Source: Octopus sinensis (Eukaryota). Taken from it: a stretch of 64,000 nucleotides of DNA. Under the pieces are notes generated by a model. That model saw only the letters and a list, made by a program, of their open reading frames with translations. It did not search any database and was not told where the DNA came from. Position numbers and translations under genes: made by a program. Below are positions 1 to 10,954 of this stretch, one piece after another. Within the stretch, counting starts at the first letter, position 1; each line of letters opens with the position of its first letter. Where the stretch lies: NCBI RefSeq assembly GCF_006345805.1, contig NC_042997.1, positions 31,372,001 through 31,436,000 on the forward strand, given 5' to 3'.

Positions 1-146
1 TTCCCTTTTACGATCCCTCTTGATCGAAAACCTACGCCACCCCTTTTTTTTGTTTCTTTTTTTTGTGTTTTTTTCATCCCCAAAAGAAAAGCTCTACCTT
101 GTAACTGTCCCATCTGTGTGCAGCCCTGTGTGGCCAATAAAGAAAC
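1..146 (+). mobile_element. 3' UTR/terminus of Tx1-clade LINE (second subfamily), running into (TATC)n
   Basis: Ends ...AAAAGAAAAGCTCTACCTTGTAACTGTCCCATCTGTGTGCAGCCCTGTGTGGCCAATAAAGAAAC then TATC repeats; homologous to the 3' ends of the ORF-bearing copies at 4098-5152 and 61833-62957. Confidence 0.85.
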
Positions 147-190
147 TTATCTATATCTATCTATCATCTATCTATCTATCTATCTATCTA

Positions 191-235
<45 letters not shown>

Positions 236-330
236 GTCTGTCTGTTCTCTCTCTATATAAATATATGCATATATACATATATACATACATATGTACATAC
301 CTACATCTATATGTATATATACATGCATAT

Positions 331-504
331 ATGGGTACAGGACACCAAAAGACGTTGAACACAATGAAAAACGAAAACAAAAAACAAAAACATGGAAACG
401 AACTTTTTTTTCAAACAACGAAAACACAGAGTACAAGACATACAACACAACGAATATTCCCCTTCTTCAGTTGTCCCTGTTTCGTCTAATCTTCGTTTCG
501 AAGG
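331..504 (-). mobile_element. Probable Penelope-like element terminal fragment between (TA)-rich microsatellites
   Basis: Minus strand has CTGAAGA-AGGGG and CCTTC-GAAACG hammerhead-like half motifs, but I could not fold a complete ribozyme. Confidence 0.35.
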
Positions 505-521
505 TATATAATATATATATA

Positions 522-716
522 TAAAGTTAATCCAAACAAGAAAACAAAAACAAAAAAACAACAACGCGAGGACGTGGAACAAATAAAGTATTATTGGACG
601 CTCAGGAAAGAAGGGAAGAAGGAGGGTTTGACGTTTCGAGGGGAGCTCTTCGTCGGAAACATAGGAGAAGGAAAGACAGGGGAAAAAATCGCTAGTGATA
701 CAGACGAGGTCACATA
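522..716 (-). mobile_element. Penelope-like element terminus containing a minimal hammerhead
   Basis: Contains the hammerhead at 626-660; the 3' part (TGAGCGTCCAATAATACT...TGTTTGGATTAACT) recurs on + at about 29560-29640; flanked by (TA)n. Confidence 0.65.
626..660 (-). ncRNA. Minimal type I hammerhead ribozyme motif (variant core CCGACGA)
   Basis: Minus strand GTTT CCGACGA A GAG-CTCCC-CTC GAA AC GT C AAAC: stem I GTTT/AAAC, stem II GAG/CTC, palindromic ACGT stem III, GUC cleavage triplet. Confidence 0.65.
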
Positions 717-717
717 C

Positions 718-754
<37 letters not shown>

Positions 755-842
755 GTATGTATATTTGGAGGGCAAGCTACTATGTGGTCGGCCGTATGCT
801 AGAAGTAGATCACCTACGATCAAACTATCTCCCTCATTATTT

Positions 843-878
<36 letters not shown>

Positions 879-925
879 TGTTTGTCTATCTGTCTGTGGA
901 TTTAGTACCCATCTATCTATCTATC

Positions 926-1007
926 TTTTTTTTCATCCCCCGAAAGAAAAGCTCTACCTTGTAACTTATCCCATCTGTGTGCAGCCCTGTGTGGCCAATA
1001 AAGAAAC
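926..1007 (+). mobile_element. Short 5'-truncated Tx1-clade LINE 3' end inside (TATC)n
   Basis: Same terminus (GCAGCCCTGTGTGGCCAATAAAGAAAC); ATCTATCTATCTATC immediately 5' and a long TATC array immediately 3'. Confidence 0.85.
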
Positions 1008-1014
1008 TTATCTC

Positions 1015-1087
<73 letters not shown>

Positions 1088-1282
1088 AAACACACATACA
1101 CCACCTCTACACACCACTTTCCTTGGATAATGGAACTGCAGCTATAACATCTTTTATATGTTTTTATTTTTATTTCTACATGCATTCTCCTATTTCCCTA
1201 TATCCTCCTTATTTCCTTCCTTTTCCAATATACCTCCTGATATTGAACTTTACTATTTCCTTTTATTTAACCATCTCACATC

Positions 1283-1330
1283 GTCTCTGATGAAGGGGTG
1301 TCACTAGTATCCCCGAAACATCTATAAGAC
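1283..1330 (+). ncRNA. Hammerhead ribozyme motif (slightly decayed) in a probable PLE 3' region (about 1100-1395)
   Basis: GTCT CTGATGA A GGGG-(loop)-CCCC GAA ACATCTAT A AGAC: stem I GTCT/AGAC, canonical core, stem II GGGG/CCCC; stem III imperfect. Confidence 0.6.
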
Positions 1331-1471
1331 TAACTTTCTCTTTATAAATGTCCTGAAAATTCCACGCAACCTTGGCTTTGTTGTTTCATTTTAATTAACA
1401 CACACACACAAACACACACACGTACATACATACATACATACATACATACATACATACATACATACATACAT

Positions 1472-1519
<48 letters not shown>

Positions 1520-1532
1520 ACTTATATATATA

Positions 1533-1692
1533 TTTACGATAGGCTTCTTTCAGTTTCTGTATACCAAATCCACTCACAAGGCCGAGGCTACAGTAGAAGA
1601 AGACACCTGCGCAAGGTGCCACGCAGCGGGACTGATCCTAGAACTATGTGTTTGGAAAAAAGCTTCTTACCATATGTCACGCGTGCACCTGC
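1533..1692 (-). mobile_element. SINE family B, 5' head only (diverged)
   Basis: Matches the head of the full copies at 16082-16476 and 37994-38392 (CCCGCTGCGTGGCACCTTGCGCAGGTGTCTTC...GAAACTGAAAGAAGCC). Confidence 0.75.
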
Positions 1693-1940
1693 ATACATAC
1701 ATACATGCATGCATACATACATATTTACATACATACATAATACATACATGCATACATACATACATACATACGTACATACATACATACATACATACATGCA
1801 TGCATGCATGCATACATACATACATATATACATACATACATACATACATAATACATACATACATACATACATACATACATACATACATACATACATACAT
1901 ACATACATACATACAGTCATAACATACATACATACATATA
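1692..1940. repeat. (TACA)n microsatellite
   Basis: Direct inspection. Confidence 0.95.
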
Positions 1941-1944
1941 CACA

Positions 1945-2590
1945 AACACACAGGAAGTAAATAGACACCTTTAATTTTCAAAAATTCTGCTCTAAGTGTC
2001 TTAATATGTTTTCAGCAGTGTAGAATTTACAATGTAATTATTCTTTTTTCATTCCAGGTGCCATTATATCAAACATTTGCGAAGAGTAACCATGCCACGC
2101 ACAAAAAATTCCGCAGAACTATCAGATTTTCAAAGAAGTCGTATTGTTGGGCAATCTGCGGCTGGTCTTAGCCAGCGAAAAATTGCTGAAAATCTTCAAA
2201 TTCTTCTCGCTACTGGTAACAGAATTATAGTGCAATTCAAAAGCCAAGGAAAAGAATCAACTGATGCTCGTTCCGGCCGACCTGGGCCCTCGGAAAGGAA
2301 GCTTCGCTGTTTGAAGAGAATTGTGGAAAACGAACCCCTTTCGAAGGTTTCTGACATTACAAAACAGCTAGAAGTTAGTCCCAAGAACATGTGTCACTTA
2401 TCTGCATAAGCTTGCGTATTATGGATGAGCAGCTAGAAGAAAACCTCTCCTTCAACCAATTAATATCATGAAAACAAAGAAATGGGCTAAGGAGTTGTCA
2501 GAAAAATTCAGTTCATTTTGGGATAGAGTGATTTTCTCAGATGAATCCAGATTTGCATTATTTTCAGACAGTAGACATGTTTGGGTCTGG
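1945..2590 (+). mobile_element. Tc1-like DNA transposon, 5' part with disrupted transposase, cut by the assembly gap
   Basis: ATG at 2092: [20 protein letters not shown]...[11 protein letters not shown] (paired-type HTH), RSGRP motif, then after a frameshift KWAKE...[12 protein letters not shown] (first catalytic D of the Tc1 DDE domain). Confidence 0.9.
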
Positions 2591-2690
2591 NNNNNNNNNN
2601 NNNNNNNNNNNNNNNNNNNNNNNNNNNNNNNNNNNNNNNNNNNNNNNNNNNNNNNNNNNNNNNNNNNNNNNNNNNNNNNNNNNNNNNNNN
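2591..2690. other. Assembly gap (100 N)
   Basis: Run of N. Confidence 1.
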
Positions 2691-3067
2691 GTATTATGTG
2701 TGGGGGTATTATGTGTGTGTGTGTGAGAGCGTATATATTGAGCGTGTGTTTGTGTTTGTGTATGAATACGTGTACCTGTGTGTGTGTGTGTGCATGTGTG
2801 TTTCTGGGTATGTGTGTTTGTGTGTATTTGTGTTTGTGTGTATGCTCGTGTTTGTGTGTGTGTATTATGTGTGAGAGTGTATATATTGTGTGTGTGTTTG
2901 TGTTAGTCCGTGAATATGTGTACCTGTGTGTGTTTGTGTGTGTATTAAGTGTGTGTGTGTGTGTGTATTTTTTTATCATTTGTTTTTACTAACAAGCGAG
3001 TTTGAAGGTTTACATATGTCTCTGTATGTATGTTTGTATGTGTGTATACATATATGTGTATGCATGA

Positions 3068-3112
<45 letters not shown>

Positions 3113-3380
3113 TATGTGTGTGTATGCGTCTGTTTGTGTGTATGTATATGTATGGATGGTCAGTTATATAAAAAATATATGTATACACACAATAGAATAT
3201 ATGTCTATGTTTACATATACCTCGATCTTTCTTTCTCTCCCTATCTGTCTGTTTGTCTATCTGTCTGTCTGTCACACACACTTCACACTCGCATACACAA
3301 ATGCACACACATGCGCACACAGACGCACACATACATATTTGCATGCAAGGATATATAATACTCACATTAGGTGTATATAT

Positions 3381-3565
3381 GTTTCTTTATTAGCCACACT
3401 GGGCTGCACACAGATAGAACAAATTACAAGGTAGAGCTTTTCTTGAAGGTTAAAAAAAAAAAAAAAAAAAAAAAAAGGGGGAGTTTCGATCAAAAGGTGA
3501 TCGTAAAGGGAGAAAGAGGACCCAAAAAAGGGGAGTTAAAAAAAAAAAAAAAAAGGGGGAGAGGA
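3381..3565 (-). mobile_element. 5'-truncated Tx1-clade LINE 3' end with a 10-bp TSD
   Basis: Reverse complement of the 3' UTR of the long copies; flanked by direct repeat GTGTATATAT at 3371-3380 and 3566-3575. Confidence 0.9.
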
Positions 3566-3624
3566 GTGTATATATAAAGGAGAGAACAGTACAAAGATAC
3601 ATGGAAAGATAAGAGAGAGAGAGC

Positions 3625-3656
<32 letters not shown>

Positions 3657-4097
3657 TAGAAAGGCAGAGAAAATGAGTGTGTGAAGGAAGGAATGTATGT
3701 ATATGTCAAACACCTAAGTAGTAAAACACCGAGGCTGTTATAGAATTTCCAGAATGTTCCCAGATGGAACAGTTAATATGGTAAGTTCCAGTTACAACAC
3801 AAGAATCAGATTGTATCTATTATATCACAGACGTATCCTTAGTTTTTTTTACTTCTTTTCTTTCCTTATGTTTTTCTGAATCCTTTCTATCTTTTTCTCC
3901 CCCATTTTGCTTCCTCCCCTACACATATTTTAACTCTCTCTCTCTGTCAGTCTGTCTGTTGCTGACCCTTTCCCTACATAACTATCTGTATATTTTTATC
4001 AGACCTTTCTTTTTTCTGACATAGCAATCTCTTTGTTTCTGTCTCTCCGTCTCTCTCTCTCTCTCACGTTATCAAGTGCTATCTATCTATCTATCTA

Positions 4098-5152
4098 TCT
4101 GCCGTCCTGGGTCGACCTTGAGTGACTTCAACACAACCAAAGCATTCTATAGGGGTTTAGTGGAGGGGAGGTACGACGACGAGCTCGGGGCGAACCTGGA
4201 CGTCGACGAGGAGTGCCTGACCCGCCTGTTCAGGACGACTTTCGGGCCAGGGCCCATGGACAACTTCCAGAGATCCCTGGCCTGGCAGTGCTACCGAGAA
4301 GCGCTACCCGTTCGGGATAAGCTCTACAGACACGGCTCGAGAAACACGGGGCCGACCTGCCGAGATGCGGTCAGAGCGACGAAACCGTTCTGCACGCACT
4401 CGTGCAGTGTCCAACAATTCCGACCTGTGGGCTTATGTCGAACAACTGCTGTCACGTGTGGGACGAGTCGGTTTATCAGCTTTGTCTATCGTCAATATTG
4501 TCACGCCTCCTTCCTTCAAACGGGAAGGAAGAGCTATTTTCATCATCCTTGTGGCTATGGCGAAAGAATGTATCTGGTGGACGCGTCTGAAAGGATTGAG
4601 ACAAACACTTTCCTCTCTGGTCAATCTCTCATCAACTTCTTCAAGTACCACTTGAAAAGGGAAGTGAGAGTAGAGAGGCAAGTTTTGTCTAGCGAATGTT
4701 TTAAAAAAAGATGGGTGAATGTAGCAAGAATGGCACGTATGAATGACGAAGCCACCTTGAGCATGATCCTATGAACCCAGAAATTGAAAACAGAGAGTTG
4801 CTTATTCGCAAAAAAAAAAACAAAAAAAAAACATGTAACTCCATTGACCGAGGTTACCGTGGTCTTTTCCGTAGGCTTTTCTTTCCACGGGTAAACCTCA
4901 CCTGTCCTCCCCTTTACACTTCATATTGACATTTCTGTGATAACGATCCCTATTGATCAATTTTTTTTTCCTCTCCCCCCTTTTTTTTAACCCCCGTTTT
5001 TTTTGTCCTCTTTCTCTCCTTTTACGATCCCCTTTGATCGAAACTCCCCCTTCCTTTTTTTTTTAAAAAATTTTTTTTAAACCTTCAAAAGAAAAGCTCT
5101 ACCTTGTAATTTGTTCTATCTGTGTGCAACCCTGTGTGGCTAATAAAGAAAC
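4098..5152 (+). mobile_element. 5'-truncated Tx1/L1-clade non-LTR retrotransposon (ORF2 C-terminus with zinc knuckle + 3' UTR) in (TATC)n
   Basis: Near-identical to 61833-62957; ORF2 remnant stops at 4774 and has three 1-bp deletions relative to the other copy; TATC repeats on both sides; ends AATAAAGAAAC with no poly(A). Confidence 0.9.
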
Positions 5153-5195
5153 ATATCTATCTATCTATCTATCTATCTATTTATCTATCTATCTA

Positions 5196-5232
<37 letters not shown>

Positions 5233-5580
5233 TCATGCATCTCTTTCTGTATGTCTTTCTCTCTACCTCCTCCTCTCTCCCCTCCTCTCTCTATGTCCTT
5301 TTTCATTATGTTTCTCTTTTGTCTTCCAGTTATCTTCTGCCTCACCTCTTTTTTTCTCTATTCTTTCATCATTTTATTCCTTCAGTTTCTCTTCGTTTCA
5401 TTCCGTCATTTTTTTTCTTTTATGTTATTTCTTCATTTCCCCTAATTCTTTATTATATGCCCTAAAAAATGAACGCAAGAATATGATCCATCTGATGTTC
5501 ATGGATACTAAAGACTGTACTGTAATCATCTGGAATACGGACTATGATCTTAAGAAACACCTGATTTGTGGAAACGCGCG

Positions 5581-5598
5581 TTATTATTATTATTATTA

Positions 5599-5661
<63 letters not shown>
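5581..5661. repeat. (ATT)n microsatellite
   Basis: Direct inspection. Confidence 0.95.
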
Positions 5662-5817
5662 CACTATATTTATGCTACATTGTATAGGCACAACTCGGTG
5701 TAACCTCAAAAGAACCTGTTATTTTCATTGGTAATCATTAGGTTGTAACCGCCGGCATAATAAAATTAGAGCTTTTGTATGCATATTCAAAACATTTCTT
5801 CTAAACGAACTTAAAGG

Positions 5818-5850
<33 letters not shown>

Positions 5851-5941
5851 TTATATTTGTCTGTGTGTCTGTGTTTTGTATATATATATATAATGTAAAT
5901 TATATTATTAGATATAATATATATTATATATATATATATAT

Positions 5942-6072
5942 ATTTATTTTATAGAAGGAGCTTCTACAGGACTAGAACTGTTCATTCAAAAGAAATCATC
6001 AGGAAGCTTCCTGATGATTTCTTTTGAATGAAACAGTTCTAGTCCTGTAGAAGCTCCTTCTATAAAATAAAT
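5942..6072. repeat. Near-perfect 131-bp palindrome formed by an inverted PLE terminus
   Basis: Arms are reverse complements around AGGAAG|CTTCCT (centre 6006/6007), differing by one indel. Confidence 0.95.
6005..6055 (+). ncRNA. Type I hammerhead ribozyme motif with canonical core
   Basis: AGCTTC CTGATGA T-TTC-TTTT-GAA-T GAA ACAG-TTCTAGTC-CTGT A GAAGCT: stem I AGCTTC/GAAGCT, stem III ACAG/CTGT, GUA cleavage triplet; stem II is short and weak. Confidence 0.75.
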
Positions 6073-6332
6073 TAATTTACTCTGCTATGTATTGAGTACC
6101 TTATTTACTGTGTGTTAACCCCGACTCAACCCGGGACCTACATATATATATATAGATAATATATATATATATATATATAATATATATATTATATATATAT
6201 TATATGTATATATAATATACGTATGAGGGACAACCCTTATGTTAGAAGTAGATCCGCTATGGTCTTACCACTAAGAAATGTTCTTGCTCGTAATCGAGCA
6301 AGACAAAAGAAAAGCGATAAAATATGGATTAT

Positions 6333-6404
6333 TCACATACATGTTTCACTATCACCATATTACGTAATTTCACTTACGTAAATGTCCGTAGATCTTCGGT
6401 GTGA
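6333..6404 (-). ncRNA. Minimal hammerhead motif (CCGAAGA core) in a PLE terminus (about 6222-6600)
   Basis: Minus strand TCACA CCGAAGA T CTA...TAG T GAA ACATGT A TGTGA: stem I TCACA/TGTGA, palindromic ACATGT stem III, GUA triplet. Confidence 0.6.
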
Positions 6405-6607
6405 CCGTCCAAATAAATATAATTTGCAGAACTATATACTAGGACGTCCGCACAAAGTCGGATCTGTACATAGTTCTACCTATTACACTCGTGGTTACTA
6501 TTCAAATGTCTTTGTTTTGGCGCGCTAAATTACCGGAAAAAATAATACTGCAGAAAATATTTTACTGCAGTGACTTTTGCCGGTTAGAGAACGTATTAAT
6601 TCAAATT

Positions 6608-6720
6608 TAAATTTAAAATGAGGGTGAAAAATTTGATATTAATTTAAAATCAAATGCTAGACCACTGGTGTGAAATTGATGTTAATTAAATTAATATCAA
6701 ATTTCTCACCCTTATTTTAA

Positions 6721-6725
<5 letters not shown>
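6608..6725. repeat. About 40-bp inverted repeat with 40-bp spacer
   Basis: TAAATTTAAAATGAGGGTGAAAAATTTGATATTAATTTAA ... TTAAATTAATATCAAATTTCTCACCCTTATTTTAAATTTA; probably another PLE end fold-back. Confidence 0.8.
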
Positions 6726-6750
<25 letters not shown>

Positions 6751-6752
<2 letters not shown>

Positions 6753-7009
6753 ATAAAACGGTAAGATAACAAAAGAAAGAAAGAGACCTCAATATTATGT
6801 AAATAGAGGAAATTTATCTATACAATATGTTACATTACTCGGTAGTCAAGATAAAACTCTGAGTTTCAGATGCCGAAGTGGAAATCCACAACACCATCTC
6901 TTCGGTTATCTCTTACTCGGTAGTCAAGATAAAACTCTGAGTTTCAGATGCCGAAGTGGAAATCCACAACACCATCTCTTGACTACCGAGTAATGTAACA
7001 TATTGTATA
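6751..7009 (-). mobile_element. PLE terminus with partial tandem (68 bp, period 78) plus inverted segment
   Basis: Direct repeat 6835-6902 / 6913-6980; inverted repeat 6819-6851 / 6977-7009; (TA)n on both sides; contains a hammerhead motif. Confidence 0.75.
6849..6911 (-). ncRNA. Minimal hammerhead motif (CCGAAGA core)
   Basis: Minus strand AGATAA CCGAAGA GATG...CATC T GAA ACTC-A-GAGT T TTATCT: stem I AGATAA/TTATCT, stem III ACTC/GAGT with a 1-nt loop (would need dimeric folding). Confidence 0.6.
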
Positions 7010-7026
7010 TATATATATATATATAT

Positions 7027-7800
7027 GGATGTTTAAGCAAAGAAATCCAGAGTACTCAATATGTGCAATGGAATTTATATCAATGATATAATCCCTGAAT
7101 GATAATTCATCGCAGCTAGAAGTTTCAAACCAAATGCTTGGCAATAATTAGACAATAAGCACACAAACACGTGAATCAGAACGATATAAATCAATTAATA
7201 TTCTTCCGTGAATATCTTCTTGTGGGTTAAAACCGTGGATGAAAACAAAGAGTCTGTCATTGATTCTAGTAAATTCACTCAGAGTTTCAGTAGATATTTA
7301 TCAAGGTGGTAACACTATGTAAAGGCCTCTAATCGGATATTTAGAAAGTCCATGAATTTATTAAGGTTGTTGGATATGAGATAGTTTTCGTCTATGCATA
7401 ACCCCTAACTTTTTTAATCAGATATAAATGGTCTTCATCTTTAGTGAAGCTTTTACTTGTGTCGAACACAGTAGCATGTTTTTTTTTCAAATTCCACTCG
7501 TGACTGGGTTGTTTTATTATATTGCTCTTTCGTATATTTCTGAAGGAGTATAGTTGAAGTTTCATCATTTGAATTTTCCTTCCCCCTATACGTGCAAATT
7601 TTTTCGCACGATGTTTGGCTTTCATTTTGAGGAAGTGACTTCTGCCACGTAGATACTCACTTCAGCATTGTATGACTAGTAACGGAGATATGCATTTGTA
7701 TTTCTGCCTGTTCAGTTATCTCCGGTTAATGAAGTTGTTTTATTTGTCATAAGTCTTCTTTTTCTGGCGGTACAGTTGCAATTTAGTTAATTTCAATTAT
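7027..7800 (-). mobile_element. Decayed Penelope-like element 3' part: GIY-YIG endonuclease-like remnant and 3' region
   Basis: Minus-strand frames give SIYVAEVTSS...GKFK...YSFRNIRKSNIIKQPSHEWNLKKK, resembling PLE GIY-YIG C-termini (IYxAEV / SFRN / HIWxLK); degenerate hammerhead-like CCGATTA...GAAACTCTGAGT at about 7272-7342. Confidence 0.55.
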
Positions 7801-8244
7801 CACTGGTTAATAGAAAAATAGTTAAAAAGGATATTTTTCATCAGTGGTAGACTTAATATTTATTGAAAATGAATGTGATAATCAGCTAAAATTGCGATGT
7901 GCCTTGTTATTATTGGATAGCAAAAATTGACTGAGATTGATCGTCTTACTGAGTTAGATAATCCTAAGGAGCGAGTAAACCTAATGACAAAGCTCACATA
8001 TATTAATATATACAGTCCTATTTTTAACTCATAGTTTTCAAAGAAGAATTTTTAGACTATAAACAAATAAAGGAATCTTCGAGTATGTGACTCCATACTC
8101 GAGCAATCGCATTGTTTGATAATTCTGATTCTGTCACTGCCATTGAGCTGTATTGATAGCCAAGACACATAACTCACAATAATCAAATACAGTTACCTCC
8201 ATTTATGTATTACTCGGCTCGATACCAAAGTTCATCCTGAAGCC

Positions 8245-8497
8245 CAGCGATTCTCATTTGGTGTCCATGTGATCCTTGGGTCCATATAAGGCTTTGTTGT
8301 TAAAGTGTATGTGCAATAAATTACTTACACATCTACAATGCATGAAATATTTTAATTTTTTAAATACAATTCCTAATAATATTTAATTATAAAAATATAA
8401 TAGGATATATTTTTAAACAACGAATGGCAATGGGGATCTCTCATGGTAAAATAGTGATCAAAAGAGTCCATAGGCCAAAAACGGTTGAGAAACACTA
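8245..8497. mobile_element. Probable hAT-type MITE
   Basis: Ends CAGCGATTCTCA... and ...GGTTGAGAAACACTA resemble hAT CAGTGGTTCTCAAC termini; candidate 8-bp TSD only partly conserved (CTGAAGCC/CTGAAAGA). Confidence 0.5.
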
Positions 8498-8882
8498 CTG
8501 AAAGAAGAGGTGTGCTTAAGTCATCTCCATTATATTTTACACAGGTAAAAGCAATATTTTTCTTTTCAGCGATGGATCACCAATCATACTTAGACGGGAA
8601 TAAAAAAAACTCCACTACCACAAACAGCAAACCAAGCATCTTGATTGAGAGTTTCCAGGTAGGTTTTGAGAAGAAAGTTTTCTTCAAAATTCTACCGTAT
8701 TGGCCTATTGGATAATGTATTTCGAGGTATACTGTTCCTGATAAAAATAACAAGATACCTGCAGCTTTTTTTGTTGTTGTAAGCCTGTTATATTAGAGTG
8801 AACTCAAGCATAAGTAACAACACCTCTCTTTCTCTCGCTCCCTCTCTCTCTCTCTGCTCCACTCACTTAGCTAACAAAATTG

Positions 8883-9155
<273 letters not shown>

Positions 9156-9539
9156 GCTAGCTAGGTAGTTGGCTGTCTATTTTTATGTATTTTCTCCCCT
9201 GTATTTGTATACGCGCACGTGCACACTCTCGCATACACATGCACACAAGGAAAGACACACACACATACATACACACACATATGCACAGATAAATGCTTAT
9301 ATATTGACACAGAGACGTACATTTGAGTGAATGTTTATGTTTATGCGAAAAAGGAAAAGAGAGAAGAGACGGGCCAACGCAGTGCGTGTATATGTGTGTG
9401 CGTTTATACGTATCTATGTATGTGTGTCTGCATATACGTACGTGTGTGTGTGTCTGCTATTGTGATAATATAGGAATGAGTTAAATGTAAGTTTACTATT
9501 TATCCTAATTCCACTTATTTGAGAATTTACGATCTATTA

Positions 9540-9700
9540 CTACACTTGCTTCGATCCACAATGCTCAGCTATATCTGACCAAACGACAACCCCTGGCTTC
9601 TCCAATTTTCTGGCAGCAAAACAACTCTTGTGGGAAATAACAAACAATTTTGGCAGATTATAGTTCTTGGAAACGAGAAGTGTGTGACCATTACTGGCAG
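9540..9700 (+). mobile_element. Possible highly decayed mariner transposase fragment
   Basis: Reads FWQIIVLGNEKCV, similar to the mariner FLxRIVTGDEKWV motif; this single motif is the only support. Confidence 0.3.
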
Positions 9701-10334
9701 ACTGAGCTAGTGATATATCGGTACAACTTTCAAATGGAGAAGCCATTTAAATGTTTTAGCTACAATACACTTAATACGAAGTATAGCATCAAAGAAAGAA
9801 AAGAGCGGAAAGAGAGGAGAGAGAGAGAGGGAGAATGAGAGAGAGGAGGAGAATGAGAGAGAGAGAGTGGGAGAGAGAGAGTAAATGTGGGAGAGAGGAG
9901 GAGTAAAGGATTGATAAATACATAGAAGATAGAAGATTCAGATCAACAGAGAATAAAATACAATAAAAGTGGTTGGTAATAGAAAATACTTCAAAAGTTG
10001 TGAATTTTGGAGAAATGGAATATACAAGTTGATATTGCGGAGTAACTCTTCTGAAGCATGATCGAGTAAATCTATGATAAAAGCATTCCGGTCATGAACA
10101 ACTCGTCGTTTTAAACATATTTCTAAAGACAGATTATTCGGTGTGCCTTTTCTTTACGAATGTGAGGGTGCGATCTAACATGGCCCTTACGTTCTTTCTG
10201 TCTTTCTGTTTGACTGCTTGTTTCTTCCCTCTCATTCTCTCTCTTCTCTCTCTCTCTCCTGTGCATGCAGGGAAGTATATATGTATACATGCATACGTAT
10301 ATGTGTATACATACATAATACATACATACATACA

Positions 10335-10386
<52 letters not shown>

Positions 10387-10463
10387 CATATACATACACA
10401 TTTATATATGTATATACCCATATACATACACACACACACACACATATATATATATAATACACG

Positions 10464-10843
10464 TGGAGGCGCAATGGCCCAGTGGTCAGGGCAGTGGACT
10501 CGCGGTCGTGGGATCGCAGTTTTCGATTCCCAGACCGGGCACTGCGAGTATTTATTGAGCGAAAACACCTAAAGCTCCATCAGACTCCCGCACGAGGTGG
10601 TGGCGAACCCTGCTGTACTGTTTCACCACAATTTTCTCTCACTCTTTCTTCCTGTTTCTGTTGTGCCTGTTTTTCAAAGGGCCAGCCTTGTCACAATCAG
10701 TGTCACACTGAATCTCCCCGAGAACTATGTTAAGGGTACACGTGTCTGTGGAGTGCTCAGCCACTTGCACATTAATTTCACGAGCAGGCTGTTCCGTTAA
10801 TCGGATCAACTGGAACCCTCGTCGTCGTAACCGATGGAGTGCC
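10464..10843 (+). mobile_element. SINE family A (tRNA-derived head)
   Basis: GGAGGCGCAATGGCCCAGTGG (A box)...TTTCGATTCC (B box); ends CGTCGTCGTAACCGATGGAGTG; several near-identical copies in the window. Confidence 0.9.
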
Positions 10844-10853
10844 ACAATATACA

Positions 10854-10911
<58 letters not shown>

Positions 10912-10954
10912 AATTCATATATATACATAAATTCATATATATGTATATTTATGT

